Positions 54,150 to 64,000 of a DNA stretch of 64,000 nt are shown here, in pieces. The stretch is from a bacterium. Lineage in GTDB: Bacteria > Krumholzibacteriota > Krumholzibacteriia > LZORAL124-64-63. The stretch spans positions 4,077,999 through 4,141,998 of the forward strand of contig JADJQR010000001.1 in the NCBI GenBank assembly GCA_016712675.1, read 5' to 3'. Made by a program: the position numbers and the translations under genes. A model generated the notes under the pieces. It saw nothing but the letters and a program-made list of their open reading frames with translations, had not been told where the DNA came from and searched no databases. The number at the start of each line of letters is the position of its first letter. Positions within the stretch are counted from its first letter, which is position 1.

Positions 54150-55708
54150 CGTGGGGAACCGCCGAGCGTCGCCAGCAGCGCGGCCCACTTCACGTCGACG
54201 TCGCCCTTCACGTCGTCCGCCATCGTCACCAGGTCGGGCCACTGCCGGTGGTAGCCGTACTCGCCGGGCAGCTTGGTCGTGGCGTCGATGCCCATCTTGC
54301 CGCCGTAGCAGGGCAGGTTGGTCGCGTGGTCCAGCTGGTCGACCGGACCCTCGCTGAAGAAGACGTCGCGCGCCGGGTCCAGGCTGCCGGTCACGCGCCA
54401 CAGCACCTCGTTCAGGTCGTGCACGTTCACGTCGGCATCCACGACGACCACGTTCTTGGTGAACATGATCTGCCCCGTGCCCCACAGCGCCTGGCACACC
54501 TTCCGCGCATGGCCCGGGTATGCCTTGCGGATGGCAACGATCACCAGGTTGTGGAAGCAGGCGGCCACCGGCAGGTGGTAGTCGACGATCTCCGGCAGCG
54601 GCACCCTGATCAGCGGTAGGAACAGCCGCTCGGTCGCCTCGCCCAGCCAGCCGTCCTCCATCGGCGGACGACCGACGATGGTGGTCAGGTAGAGCGGGTC
54701 GCGCCGGCTGGTGATGCAGGTGACGTGGAAGACCGGGAACTCCTCGGCCAGCGAGTACCAGCCGGTGTGGTCGCCGAAGTCGCCTTCCAGCCTTCGTTCG
54801 CCCGGCTCCACGTAGCCCTCGATGACGAAGTCGGCCTCGGCCGGCACCTCCAGGTCGCAGGTCAGCGCCTTGACCATCGACACGGGCTGCCCGGTCAGGA
54901 AGCCGGCGAACAGCGCCTCGTCGATGTCCGGCGGCAGCGGCGCCGTGGCCGCGTAGGTCAGGACCGGCGGCCCGCCGATCGCCACGCAGACCGGCATGCG
55001 CTCGCCGCGCTTCTCGTAGCCGGCGTGGTGCGCGGCACCCGTCTTGTGGATCTGCCAGTGCATGCCGGTGGTGCGCCGGTCGTAGACCTGCATGCGGTAC
55101 ATGCCGATGTTGCGGCGCCCGCTCTCGGGGCTTCGCGTGATGACCAGCGGGGTGGTGATGTAGGGCCCGCCGTCACGTGGCCAGGTCGTCAGCACGGGCA
55201 TCAGGTCCAGCAACCCGCGGCGCGACAGCTCGTCGCCCTGCACGACCACGTCCTGGCACGGGCCGCGACCGACGGACCTCGGCGCCGCCTCGCCCCACTC
55301 CTTCAGCTTGCCCAGCAGGCGGATCTTGTCCCACAGCCCCTCGGGCGGACCCAGGCGCAGCGGCTCCTCCACGCGCGCGGCCACCTCGGCCAGCGTCTCG
55401 GCGCCCAGGGCCCAGGCCATCCGCCGGCGCGAGGCGAACAGGTTGATCACCACCGGCACCGGCCGTCCGTCCGGACCCACGGCCTGCGGACGCCCGCCGG
55501 CCGCGGCGCTCCAGCGTCCCGGCACGGGGTTCTCGAACAGCAGCGCCGGGTTCTGGCCAGCCTTGACGAAGCGGTCGGCGATCTCGGTAATCTCAAGGCA
55601 GGGATCGACCGCTTCGCGGACGCGGACCAGTTCGCCGCGCTCTTCACACAGACGCACGAAGGCGCGCAGGTTCGCGGCGGGCAGGCCGGCGAGAGAGTTC
55701 CTGGACAT
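54146..55708 (-). CDS. ubiD: UbiD-family decarboxylase (4-hydroxy-3-polyprenylbenzoate decarboxylase-like)
   Basis: Strong end-to-end similarity to UbiD: LEITEIADR, PALLFENP, RQNLGMYRMQV, GDHTGWY, YHLPVAACFHNLVIVAIRKAYPGHARKV. ATGA overlap with ubiE. Confidence 0.85.
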   Translation of the reverse strand: MSRNSLAGLPAANLRAFVRLCEERGELVRVREAVDPCLEITEIADRFVKAGQNPALLFENPVPGRWSAAAGGRPQAVGPDGRPVPVVINLFASRRRMAWALGAETLAEVAARVEEPLRLGPPEGLWDKIRLLGKLKEWGEAAPRSVGRGPCQDVVVQGDELSRRGLLDLMPVLTTWPRDGGPYITTPLVITRSPESGRRNIGMYRMQVYDRRTTGMHWQIHKTGAAHHAGYEKRGERMPVCVAIGGPPVLTYAATAPLPPDIDEALFAGFLTGQPVSMVKALTCDLEVPAEADFVIEGYVEPGERRLEGDFGDHTGWYSLAEEFPVFHVTCITSRRDPLYLTTIVGRPPMEDGWLGEATERLFLPLIRVPLPEIVDYHLPVAACFHNLVIVAIRKAYPGHARKVCQALWGTGQIMFTKNVVVVDADVNVHDLNEVLWRVTGSLDPARDVFFSEGPVDQLDHATNLPCYGGKMGIDATTKLPGEYGYHRQWPDLVTMADDVKGDVDVKWAALLATLGGSPR

Positions 55709-55977
55709 GGCAGACCTGTTCGGCGGCGGGCCGGAAATCGCGCGCGGAGCCGCCTGATGGCGGCGCATGAAGAACTTAGCAGAGGGCGCCACCGGCGGCA
55801 AGGCGGCCGCGCCGAGGCCGGGTCGGCCAGACATACCGACGGCCCCGTCGCCCTGGGGGACGCGCGGGGCCGCCGCCCTTGGACATGAGGAAGGTCGCCC
55901 GCCCTTCCCGCGTCCGCGGACCCAGCATCGTTGCCGTCCGAGACACTGTAGGTTCTTCATTGAATCGTGACCAATTT

Positions 55978-56000
55978 ATTGATATGATTTCACTATCAAT
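55978..56000. promoter_or_regulatory. Inverted repeat ATTGATA-N9-TATCAAT in the AT-rich divergent ubiD/LysR intergenic region
   Basis: Palindrome read in the sequence. It fits a T-N11-A LysR-type box, placed between divergently transcribed genes. Confidence 0.45.
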
Positions 56001-56068
56001 CGAATTAATGGCGCGGGTGTCATCCAGGACCTGGAGGCCCCGCCCTTCACGCGGAGGCCCACCCCACC

Positions 56069-56929
56069 ATGCAGCTCTCGTCCCGCCAGCTCGAGGCTTT
56101 CGTCGTGGTGGCCCGCACGCTCAATTTCACCCGTGCCGCCGAGCGCATGGGGCTGACCCAGTCGGCGCTATCGCAGCGGATCCGCAAGCTGGAGGAGGAA
56201 TTGGGGGCCGCCCTTCTGGTCCGGGCCCCCGGCGCCGTGCGCCTGACCGAGACGGGCAGCCGCATCCTGCGCTACTGCGAGGCCAAAGAAGCGCTCGAGG
56301 CGGAGATCCTGGCCGACCTGTCCACCTCGCGCTCGGGCGAGCTGGCTGGGGCCATCCGCGTGGCGGGGCACCTGTCGGTCATGCGGCCGATCGCCCTGCC
56401 GGCCATGGCCCCGCTGCTGCGCGAGCACCCCCGCGTCCAGTGCGAGCTGATCACCTCCGAGTTGAAGAACCTGCCGGGCATGCTCAAACGCGGTGAAGCG
56501 GACCTGGTGATCCTGGACCAGGAACTGCCGTGGGCGGCGCTGGTGCGGTTCCGCCTGGGTGACGAGACCTATGTCGCCATCGAAAGCGTGTCCCACCCGA
56601 CACGATCAGGGGTGTGGCTGGACATCAACCCCGACGACCAGGTCACCGAGCGCTTCTTCCGATTCCAGGGCAAGTCCCCCACCTACCGCCGTTCGTTCAC
56701 CTCGGACGTGTACGGCATCATCGACGGTGTGGCCCTGGGCATGGGTCGGGCCGTCGTGCCCCGCCACATGCTGGCCGGACGGGAGGATGTCCGGATCCTG
56801 CCTGAATACCGTGCACAGAAAGCGGGCGTCTGGCTGCACCACTATGCCCTGCCGTACTATTCCCGGCTTCAGCAGGCGGTGGTGGCCCGGATCCGCACCT
56901 GCTTCCCGGAGGCCCTGGCCGAAGCCTGA
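56069..56929 (+). CDS. LysR-family transcriptional regulator
   Basis: N-terminal HTH LEAFVVVARTLNFTRAAERMGLTQSALSQRIRKLEEELG, and a C-terminal LysR substrate-binding domain. Confidence 0.85.
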   Translation: MQLSSRQLEAFVVVARTLNFTRAAERMGLTQSALSQRIRKLEEELGAALLVRAPGAVRLTETGSRILRYCEAKEALEAEILADLSTSRSGELAGAIRVAGHLSVMRPIALPAMAPLLREHPRVQCELITSELKNLPGMLKRGEADLVILDQELPWAALVRFRLGDETYVAIESVSHPTRSGVWLDINPDDQVTERFFRFQGKSPTYRRSFTSDVYGIIDGVALGMGRAVVPRHMLAGREDVRILPEYRAQKAGVWLHHYALPYYSRLQQAVVARIRTCFPEALAEA

Positions 56930-57037
56930 CGGGCCGACCCCCACAAACCCGTAAGGGAAAGTCCGATATCAAGTAGAGCCATCCATGGGCGATAACCCCC
57001 CTGTAGCCGTGACGCCCGACGGTCCACAACGGGGGAA

Positions 57038-59134
57038 GTGCGCGTGAGCCTGACCGACAACTCGATCCTCGCCGAACTGAAGGCCTCGGGCAACCTGCCC
57101 TCGCCCACGGGCATCGCCCTAACCATCCTCGAGATGGCCCGCGACCCCTTGGTTTCGACCGACGAACTGGCAAACGTCCTGCAAGGCGACCCGGCGCTGA
57201 CCGGTCAGATCCTCAAGTACGCCAACAGCGCCGACTCGGGCGCGCGCGTGCACGTGATCGCGCTGCGCGATGCACTGATCCGCCTGGGCCTGGCTCAGGT
57301 GCGGCAGCTGTGCCTGAGCTTCTCCATCCTGGCGAACGCGCGCAGCGGCCCCTGCGCGGCGTTCGACTACGAGCGCTACTGGACCCGCTCGCTGGCAATG
57401 GCCGTCAGTTGCCAGTCGATCTCGCGGCTGGTCCGCTCGCTGAACCCGGACGAGGGGTTCACCTGCGGACTGCTCGCACACATCGGCCGCCTGGCGATGG
57501 CCAGCGTCTACCCAGACGACTACGCGGAGATCCTGGCGCGCTGGAACCACGGCGCGCCCGAGGAATTGGCCGAGTTCGAGAAGAGCATGACCGGCCTGAC
57601 GCACACCGATGCCGCCGCCGCGATCCTCGAGGACTGGCGCCTGCCTCCGCACGTGATCACCGCGGCCCGCTGCCAGGAGGACGGCAGCTGGATCACCGGC
57701 GCGGCCGTGCCGCCGTCATCGGATCGCGGCCGCCAACTGGGGCGCGTGCTTCACGCGGCGGGCCTGGCCGCGGACATCTGCGTCGAGAACGGCCCGCGGC
57801 GTCACCTGATGGTGCTCGGCTTCCTCAAGGCCGGCCTCTCGCTCGGCTTCGAAGAGATGCCGTGGATCTCGATGTACGACGAGATCCTCGCGGAATGGGA
57901 GCGCATGGGCGGCGTGTTGGACATCGTCACCGCGCACGTACCATCGCTCGAAACACTGGTCCAGAAAGCCCGCGCCCAGGGCGAGGTCATCGATGACCGC
58001 GCGCGCACGCGCGGTCCGGCCACCTCCGGTCCGGCGATGACCGCGCCGCGGCGGCCCCGCGCGTCGGGTCCGGCCGTCGCCGCCACCGTGGGCCCGGACA
58101 CCCAGGCCGTTACAGCGTCGGCCACGCCGGTCCAGGATGCTGCGACCGCCACGGCGGAGCCGGCCCAGGAGCCCGGGCTGGACATCCTGATCGCCACCGA
58201 CAGCGCGATCGAGATGACGGTGCTGACGCGGAAACTGACCCAGCTGGGCCACCGCATCACCTGCGCGACCGACGGTCGCCAGGCGCTCGAGATGGCGCTC
58301 AAGACGGCGCCGCAGCTGATTCTCTCGGACTGGATGCTGCCAAAGCTCGACGGCCTGGAGCTGTGCCGCATGCTGCGCTCGTCGCCGCAGACCCAGGGTG
58401 TCTACTACATCATCAACACCAGCAACGACACGGGCGCGGAGCTGGTCGAGGGCTTCGAAGCCGGCATCAACGACTACGTGGTCAAGCCGCTGAATCACCG
58501 GATCCTGGCCGCGCGTCTGCGCGGGGCATCGCAGGTGATCCGCCTTCGCGAGCAGAGCCTGCGCGATCGCGAGGAGATGCGCAGACAGCTGAGCCACATC
58601 AACAAGCTCAACCGCAAGCTCGAGAGCCTGGCCATGGAGGACCAGCTGACCGGCCTACCCAACCGGCGCGCGGGCCTGGAATTCCTGGACGAGACGTGGT
58701 CGCGTGCCACGCGCACCGGCGAGTCGATGCTGGTCATGCTGCTGGACATCGACCACTTCAAGAAGGTCAACGACACCTGGGGCCACGACGCCGGCGACGT
58801 CGTGCTGCAGCGGACTGCCACCGCGATGCGTGGCGCCGTGCGCGACTACGACAAGGTCAGCCGCTACGGAGGCGAGGAGTTCCTGGTCGTCTGCCCGGGC
58901 GCGGATGTGCAGTTCGCGCACGACATCGGCAATCGCATCCGTGAATCGGTCGAGAAGAACCGCATCGAGTCCGCCGTGTTCACCGGCTCGGTGACCATCT
59001 CGATCGGCGTCTCGGTACGCGGACCCGAGCACCAGTCCACGCGCGAACTGCTGCGCGAAGCCGACGAGGCGCTCTACGCCGCCAAGGACGCCGGCCGCAA
59101 CAAGGTCTGCATCCAGGCGCCCGTCGAGCCCTGA
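57038..59134 (+). CDS. HDOD-REC-GGDEF signalling protein (response-regulator diguanylate cyclase)
   Basis: HDOD domain at the N-terminus. Receiver with phospho-acceptor LILSDWMLP. GGDEF with DQLTGLPNRR...RYGGEEF. Confidence 0.85.
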   Translation: MRVSLTDNSILAELKASGNLPSPTGIALTILEMARDPLVSTDELANVLQGDPALTGQILKYANSADSGARVHVIALRDALIRLGLAQVRQLCLSFSILANARSGPCAAFDYERYWTRSLAMAVSCQSISRLVRSLNPDEGFTCGLLAHIGRLAMASVYPDDYAEILARWNHGAPEELAEFEKSMTGLTHTDAAAAILEDWRLPPHVITAARCQEDGSWITGAAVPPSSDRGRQLGRVLHAAGLAADICVENGPRRHLMVLGFLKAGLSLGFEEMPWISMYDEILAEWERMGGVLDIVTAHVPSLETLVQKARAQGEVIDDRARTRGPATSGPAMTAPRRPRASGPAVAATVGPDTQAVTASATPVQDAATATAEPAQEPGLDILIATDSAIEMTVLTRKLTQLGHRITCATDGRQALEMALKTAPQLILSDWMLPKLDGLELCRMLRSSPQTQGVYYIINTSNDTGAELVEGFEAGINDYVVKPLNHRILAARLRGASQVIRLREQSLRDREEMRRQLSHINKLNRKLESLAMEDQLTGLPNRRAGLEFLDETWSRATRTGESMLVMLLDIDHFKKVNDTWGHDAGDVVLQRTATAMRGAVRDYDKVSRYGGEEFLVVCPGADVQFAHDIGNRIRESVEKNRIESAVFTGSVTISIGVSVRGPEHQSTRELLREADEALYAAKDAGRNKVCIQAPVEP

Positions 59135-59141
59135 GGCAGGC

Positions 59142-59621
59142 TCAGGCTTTCGCCTCGAACCGCCGCCGCAGATCCAGGTGGTAGTCGGCCAGCGGGCGCA
59201 TCGCCTGGTCCACCCCCAGCACCGCCAGCGCCCGCTCCCAGTCCTCCGGGTGCACGTGCATGATATAGCGGTAGCCGCCGCGTCCGTCGGTCATGCCGTT
59301 CGCGCTCGACACGTTGATGTCGGCGTCGCACAGCTTCTCGTGGATGCCCACCAGTGCGCCCAGCTCGTCGTCGCCCTGCACGATGAAGGCGTGGTGCGGT
59401 CCCTGCAGCACCAGCCCCTCGTGCCGCGCGAAATCGCCGAGCCAGACCGGGTTGAGCGGGTAGATCACCAACTGTGTCCGCTCGCGCCCCACCGGGAAGG
59501 CGTTGAAGGCGACCAGGTTGACGTCCTCGGCAGCCAGTGCGCGCAGGAAGCGGCAGCCCTGGCCAGGGCGGTCGTCGACGGTCGCATAGTAGTAGTCCAC
59601 GGGATAGATGCGGGCTGCCAT
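59142..59621 (-). CDS. Hypothetical protein (about 160 aa; possible ACT-like small-molecule-binding fold)
   Basis: Clean ORF starting at the Met at 59621 and convergent with the GGDEF gene. The annotated longer ORF (to 60125) is probably an upstream over-extension. Confidence 0.5.
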   Translation of the reverse strand: MAARIYPVDYYYATVDDRPGQGCRFLRALAAEDVNLVAFNAFPVGRERTQLVIYPLNPVWLGDFARHEGLVLQGPHHAFIVQGDDELGALVGIHEKLCDADINVSSANGMTDGRGGYRYIMHVHPEDWERALAVLGVDQAMRPLADYHLDLRRRFEAKA

Positions 59622-59797
59622 GGCGGGACCTTCCTTCGTTCGCGCAAGGTTGGCCAAGGCCGCGCCGGGGGCCGCCGGGTGGGGCGGCGCGCCGGAGCGC
59701 ACACGCCGGAACGGGGTTCCGGACCCGCCGATCATAGCAGGTTTCGACACGCCTGGAAACAGCAGGTCAGGCGGCAGGCGCCGTGGTGCTGCCCGCG

Positions 59798-61423
59798 TCA
59801 ACGGCTGGGCGCGCCCCGGATCCGGCCACCGGCAGGCGCGCGGACCGTGCCCACCCGCTGGATCGCCTCGGCGGCGAGCCCGGACAACTCGCGGCCCGTG
59901 TCCGCGAACCGCGGGTTGGGGCAGCCCAGGTAGACCGGGGCCATCATCGCCACGAAGTCCGGCATGGCCACCAGATACGCGGCCTCGGGGTCCAAGGGCC
60001 GGCCACCGACTGTGACTTCCCCGGCGCGCGAGGGCGCTCCGTCCTGGCCGGCCACGATCAGGTATTCCAGTCCCGAAACCTGCAGGATGCCGTGGTCCCC
60101 GCTCACCTGCGCGGCGGCGTTCCAATCGGCGACGGTTGCCAGTTCGCGGCCGGACATGCGCACGGTCACCAGCGAGTTGGCGAACGGCAGCACCTCGTGG
60201 ATGTGCAGGGCGGTCAGCGGACCGGCAGGCAGGTCGCGCCGGATGCCGCCGGAGTTGATCACGCCCACGTCGGCGCCCGCGGCCTCGCGCAGCACATCGG
60301 CCAGCCAGTTGCCCAGCGCGCTCTCGCCGCGGCCGCGGCGCAGGTCGGTCGCCAGGGTGCCCAGCACGCGGCCGTACTGGTCGCGCACCTGGTCCTCGTA
60401 GCCGTAGGTCAGGGCGGCGATGCCGTCCAGTTCACCGCTCGCGTCCAGCGAGTCCGCCCACAGGCTGACCAGGCGCCCGTCGTAACCGGCCACCCGGTCG
60501 TCCTCCACCCTCAGGTCCAGCCGACCCAGGTTCGTCAGGGCCGAGCCCGCTTGCACGATCAGGATGCCCTCGACCAGCTCCGGCTGCCGCATCCGCGTGT
60601 GGCTGTGGCCCCCGACGATGACGTCGATGCCCGCGCCGGCCAGCGCCGCGGCCAGCTCGCGGTCCTTGTCCAGCCCGTTGTGGGTGAGCACGATCAGCAG
60701 GTCGGTGGCCGGATCCAGTTCGGCGGCCTGCCGGCGCAGCAGCGGCGCCTGCGGGGCCATCCGCAGCCCCGGGAACCGGCTGGGGGCCACCACCTCAGTC
60801 ATCTCGGAACAGGACACGCCCATGATGCCGATGCGCACGCCCCCGCGCTCCAGCACGACCGGCTCGGCGCGGAACACCGCGCGGCCCTGGTCATCGACGA
60901 TATCGGCCGCCAGCACCGGATGCCCGAACCGCGGCAGCAGCCGCTGCAGGTCGGCCAGGCCGATGTCGAACTCGTGGTTGCCCACCAGGCCCGCGTCGTA
61001 GTCCAGGGCGTTGAACAGCCGGGCGATAGCCGCGCCCGGCACGTCGTCCTCGCGCAGGTTGCAAACCGGGTTGCCGGTCATGAAGTCGCCGGCGTCCACC
61101 AGCAAATCAGCCGGCGCCGAGCGGCGTTGTTCCGCCAGGTGGTGGGCCAGCGCCACGATGCCGCCCACCGGCCGGCCGTCGTCGCGCCAGTCCGCCGGGC
61201 GGGCGAACATGCCCGCGTGCGTGTCGTTGGTGTGAAAGAGGGTCAGGTTCCAGGGGCCCGCTCCCGGCGCGGGCGCCGGAACATCCGCGGCCGTGACCGG
61301 CGCGGTGACCGCCAGGAGCACCGCCCCCAGGACACCAGGCAGCCAGCCGGCCCGCAGGTGCCGCTCCGGCGCCGACCGCCGCGTCGGCCCGCCGCCCGGC
61401 CCTCCCCGTCTGTTCGCTGCCAT
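59798..61423 (-). CDS. Secreted bifunctional metallophosphatase / 5'-nucleotidase (UshA family)
   Basis: Signal peptide. Calcineurin-like motifs LTLFHTNDTHAGM, DAGDFMTGNP, GNHEFD, GGHSHT, and a C-terminal 5'-nucleotidase substrate-binding domain. Confidence 0.8.
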   Translation of the reverse strand: MAANRRGGPGGGPTRRSAPERHLRAGWLPGVLGAVLLAVTAPVTAADVPAPAPGAGPWNLTLFHTNDTHAGMFARPADWRDDGRPVGGIVALAHHLAEQRRSAPADLLVDAGDFMTGNPVCNLREDDVPGAAIARLFNALDYDAGLVGNHEFDIGLADLQRLLPRFGHPVLAADIVDDQGRAVFRAEPVVLERGGVRIGIMGVSCSEMTEVVAPSRFPGLRMAPQAPLLRRQAAELDPATDLLIVLTHNGLDKDRELAAALAGAGIDVIVGGHSHTRMRQPELVEGILIVQAGSALTNLGRLDLRVEDDRVAGYDGRLVSLWADSLDASGELDGIAALTYGYEDQVRDQYGRVLGTLATDLRRGRGESALGNWLADVLREAAGADVGVINSGGIRRDLPAGPLTALHIHEVLPFANSLVTVRMSGRELATVADWNAAAQVSGDHGILQVSGLEYLIVAGQDGAPSRAGEVTVGGRPLDPEAAYLVAMPDFVAMMAPVYLGCPNPRFADTGRELSGLAAEAIQRVGTVRAPAGGRIRGAPSR

Positions 61424-61558
61424 GTCCGCTCCTCCTGGTGACGGGTCCGGCCGCGGAGCGCCCCGGCGCCAGCCCGCCGCGTCCGCAACCTGAAAACGAC
61501 ACGCCACCCGCGAGTTCATTGCCCGGGCGGCGTCCGCCGGGTTATTATTAACGCCGAC

Positions 61559-62851
61559 ATGAAGATTCTCAAAGCGCATGGGCCGATATTCCTGCTGATG
61601 CTGGCAACGGTGTTCGCGGCGTTCGGCCGACTTACCACCACCCCGCTGTGGGACGGCGCCGATGCCCAGATCATCTGCGACGCCCACGTGCTTGCGCGCG
61701 ACCCGGGCTCGATGTTCGGCCATCTGGGTTTCTATTTCAGCCAGCCACTGCTTCAGCTGGTGTTCCTGGCCGAGTACCGCCTGTTCGGCCTGGATTCGAC
61801 CGGCTATCTCGCGGTCAATCTCCTGATCCACGCGCTGAACGCCTTCGTGGTCTACATGTTGGTGAACATGCTCTTCCCGCGGCGGGGCATGGCCGTCCTG
61901 GCTGGTCTGCTGTTCGCCCTCGGCGTCGGCAGCTACGGGCGCGTGTTCACGACCGTCCACGCCCTGGAGAACCTGCTGCTGGCGACGCTGCATCTGCTGG
62001 TGCTGTATTTCTTCATCCGCAACGATTTCCGGCGGGACGGACGCCTACGCTCGTCCCTGTTCGTGGCGGGACTGGCGCTGTTCCTGGCCTCGGGGCTGAC
62101 GCGCGCCTCGTCGTTCTCCCTGTTGTCGTGCCTTATCGCCTACAAGGCCTTCTTCCATCGGCGCCGCGGCCGCCCGGTGTGGTCGCCGGACCTGCTGATC
62201 TTCATCGCGGTCGGCACGGCCTTCTACCTGGGGCAGGCCCGCTGGGGCTTCGAGCAGCCGACCGTTTTCGGACGGGGCGCCGAACAGACGCACTTCTCGC
62301 TGCTCTCGATCAAGAACCTGTTCCGGTACCTGGTCCTGATGTTCTTTCCGCTGCAGAAGAGCCCCCTGCTCGAGACGGCCCCGTTCTGGGTGGACTGGCT
62401 GTTCGCGGCCCGTACCTGGATCCGCTTCGGATTGACCATCGCCATCGTCTCCTACAGCTTCTTCGGGTTCGTCTTCGGCAGCCGTGCCACGCGCTTCTTC
62501 ATCGCCTGGACCTACATCACGCTGCTGCCCTTCACGGCGCACACGGAGGCCGGCCGCTGGCTCAACCTGAACCACCTCTACCTGGCCTCGCTGGGCTTCT
62601 GCGTGGTCATCGCGGCGGGTGCGGCCGGCTGCAGTTCGCTGCTGGCCCGGGCCGGCCGGCGGCGCTTCCTGCCCTACCTGGCCCCCCTGCTCCTGGCCGT
62701 CGTGGCCGTCGGGCTGACCCACCAGCTGGACTCCAAGTACAAGGCGATCGCCCGCTGGCCCGCGTCCGAGGCCCTGCGCGCCCAGGTCCATGAAGCCTGT
62801 TCGCCGGCGGCGGCCCACCGCACCCCGGGCGACCCCCTGCCACGCCCCTGA
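61559..62851 (+). CDS. Polytopic integral membrane protein (about 11 transmembrane segments; possible GT-C-type glycosyltransferase/polymerase fold)
   Basis: Hydrophobicity pattern only. No confident family assignment. Confidence 0.55.
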   Translation: MKILKAHGPIFLLMLATVFAAFGRLTTTPLWDGADAQIICDAHVLARDPGSMFGHLGFYFSQPLLQLVFLAEYRLFGLDSTGYLAVNLLIHALNAFVVYMLVNMLFPRRGMAVLAGLLFALGVGSYGRVFTTVHALENLLLATLHLLVLYFFIRNDFRRDGRLRSSLFVAGLALFLASGLTRASSFSLLSCLIAYKAFFHRRRGRPVWSPDLLIFIAVGTAFYLGQARWGFEQPTVFGRGAEQTHFSLLSIKNLFRYLVLMFFPLQKSPLLETAPFWVDWLFAARTWIRFGLTIAIVSYSFFGFVFGSRATRFFIAWTYITLLPFTAHTEAGRWLNLNHLYLASLGFCVVIAAGAAGCSSLLARAGRRRFLPYLAPLLLAVVAVGLTHQLDSKYKAIARWPASEALRAQVHEACSPAAAHRTPGDPLPRP

Positions 62852-62993
62852 GCGGCCATCCCCTGCCTCTCCCGCCAGCGCCGGATGCGTTTGGCGGCCC
62901 GCCCGCCGGGCCATATCTTGGTCCGGTCAACCGACCGGGCCGCCCCTGTTCCGGGACGATCCGGCCCCCGCTTCCGCAGGAGGACTAGAGGTC

Positions 62994-64000
62994 ATGGCCA
63001 AGTACAGGATCGGCTGGATGCCCGGCGACGGCGTGGGCGTCGACGTGATGGACGCCACCCGCATCGTGCTGGACGCGCTCGGCTTCGACGCCGACTACAT
63101 CCCCGGCGACATCGGCTGGGAGATCTGGTGCCGCGAGGCCAATGCACTGCCCGACCGCACGCTCGAGATGCTGCGTACGGTGGACGCGGCGCTCTTCGGC
63201 GCCATCACGAGCAAGCCGAAGGAGGAGGCCGAGGCCGAACTGATCCCGGAGCTGCGGGGCAAAGGCCACGTCTACCGCAGCCCCATCGTGCGCCTGCGCC
63301 AGGAGTTCAACCTGCGGACCAACCTGCGCCCGTGCAAAGCGTACGCCGGCAACCCGCTGAACTTCCGCGATGGCCTGGACATGGTCGTGTTCCGGCAGAA
63401 CACCGAGGACCTGTACATGGGCATCGAGTGGCACCCGCTGCCGCAGGAGCTGCGGGACGTCATGATGAAGACGCTGCCCGGCCCCACCAAGCGGCTGGCG
63501 GACACGGCGAACGAGGACATCGCCGTCTCGGCGCGCGTCCTGACGCGGCTCGGCTGCCAGCAGATCGTGCGCGATGCGTTCGAGTACGCGAAGAACTACG
63601 GCTACAAGACGGTGACCGTGGTCGAGAAGCCGAACGTGGTGCGCGAGACGAGCGGCCTGATGGTGCGCGAGGCCCGCAAGATCGCGAAGGACTACCCCGG
63701 CATCGAGCTGTGGGAGACCAATATCGACGCCATGTGCATGTGGCTGATCAAGAATCCCGAGCAGTACGGGGTGATGGTCTCCAGCAACATGTTCGGCGAC
63801 ATCCTCAGCGACCTCTGCGCGCAGCTGGTGGGCGGGCTCGGCTTCGCCTGCAGCGGCAACCTGGGCGACAAGATCGGCATCTTCGAGCCCAGCCACGGCT
63901 CGGCGCCGAAATACGTCGGCCTGAACAAGGTCAACCCCATCGCCATGATCCTCTCGGCCAAGATGATGCTCGACCACCTGGGCGAGAAGGACATGGCGGC
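62994..64000 (+). CDS. Isocitrate/isopropylmalate dehydrogenase family protein (3' end outside window)
   Basis: AGGAGG ribosome-binding site 10 bp upstream. The frame is open to the window end, so it is absent from the ORF track. MAKYRIGWMPGDGVGVDVMDA...NMFGDILSDLCAQLVGGLGFACSGNLG matches the ICDH/IMDH family signature. Confidence 0.8.
   Translation, partial: MAKYRIGWMPGDGVGVDVMDATRIVLDALGFDADYIPGDIGWEIWCREANALPDRTLEMLRTVDAALFGAITSKPKEEAEAELIPELRGKGHVYRSPIVRLRQEFNLRTNLRPCKAYAGNPLNFRDGLDMVVFRQNTEDLYMGIEWHPLPQELRDVMMKTLPGPTKRLADTANEDIAVSARVLTRLGCQQIVRDAFEYAKNYGYKTVTVVEKPNVVRETSGLMVREARKIAKDYPGIELWETNIDAMCMWLIKNPEQYGVMVSSNMFGDILSDLCAQLVGGLGFACSGNLGDKIGIFEPSHGSAPKYVGLNKVNPIAMILSAKMMLDHLGEKDMA

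Noticed and set aside
59622-60125. N-terminal extension of the 327-aa ORF at 59142-60125
   Set aside because: The extension is Arg/Gly/Pro-rich low complexity. A conserved-looking start exists at 59621.
61424-61993. N-terminal extension of the 731-aa nucleotidase ORF
   Set aside because: A signal peptide begins at the Met at 61423. The upstream extension has no similarity to any nucleotidase region and runs into the divergent membrane-protein gene's promoter region.

Overview
High-GC (~70%) bacterial chromosomal segment; the phylum cannot be resolved from this window. Positions 1-3221 hold the 3' part of a pyruvate dehydrogenase operon (aceE C-terminus, aceF, lpd). An approximately 26-kb accessory, insertion-sequence-ridden region follows (3.2-29 kb). 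It contains a DUF4143 AAA+ ATPase gene inserted between a duplicated lpd 3' terminus, a frameshifted IS110 transposase, and one complete plus several truncated IS91-family (HUH rolling-circle) copies. It also contains a complete IS3-family element with an intact 3-bp target site duplication (TSD) inside a leucine-rich-repeat (LRR) gene, an AbiEi/AbiEii type IV toxin-antitoxin pair, and a second DUF4143 ATPase. Between these lie secreted proteins (beta-helix, dockerin-like, FGE/SUMF1-domain, HExxH metalloprotease, Amidase_3, PD40 lipoprotein), several ending in the same ~80-aa FlgD-Ig/T9SS-like C-terminal sorting domain. The core region (29-64 kb) encodes bacterioferritin, an LVIVD-repeat secreted protein and a seven-gene signalling cluster (32.5-39.4 kb). 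That cluster is PAS-HK, CheY-like RR, a KaiA-like protein with a canonical receiver domain, KaiB, KaiC, a REC-PAS-HK and a further CheY-like RR, i.e. a kaiABC-like locus in an apparently non-cyanobacterial genome. Downstream are a YgiQ radical-SAM protein with a long basic tail, a beta-propeller secreted protein, an HD-GYP protein, an NTF2-like cyclase, rho, a GH31 hydrolase, an S8 peptidase, ubiD-ubiE-ubiX, a LysR regulator, an HDOD-REC-GGDEF protein, a 5'-nucleotidase, a membrane protein and a partial isocitrate/isopropylmalate dehydrogenase-family gene. A perfect 14-bp palindrome TTGCGCCGGCGCAA recurs at least 7 times, once in-frame inside a CDS. No CRISPR array and no tRNA or rRNA genes were recognised. 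Many long ORFs in the track are antisense artefacts of the high GC content.
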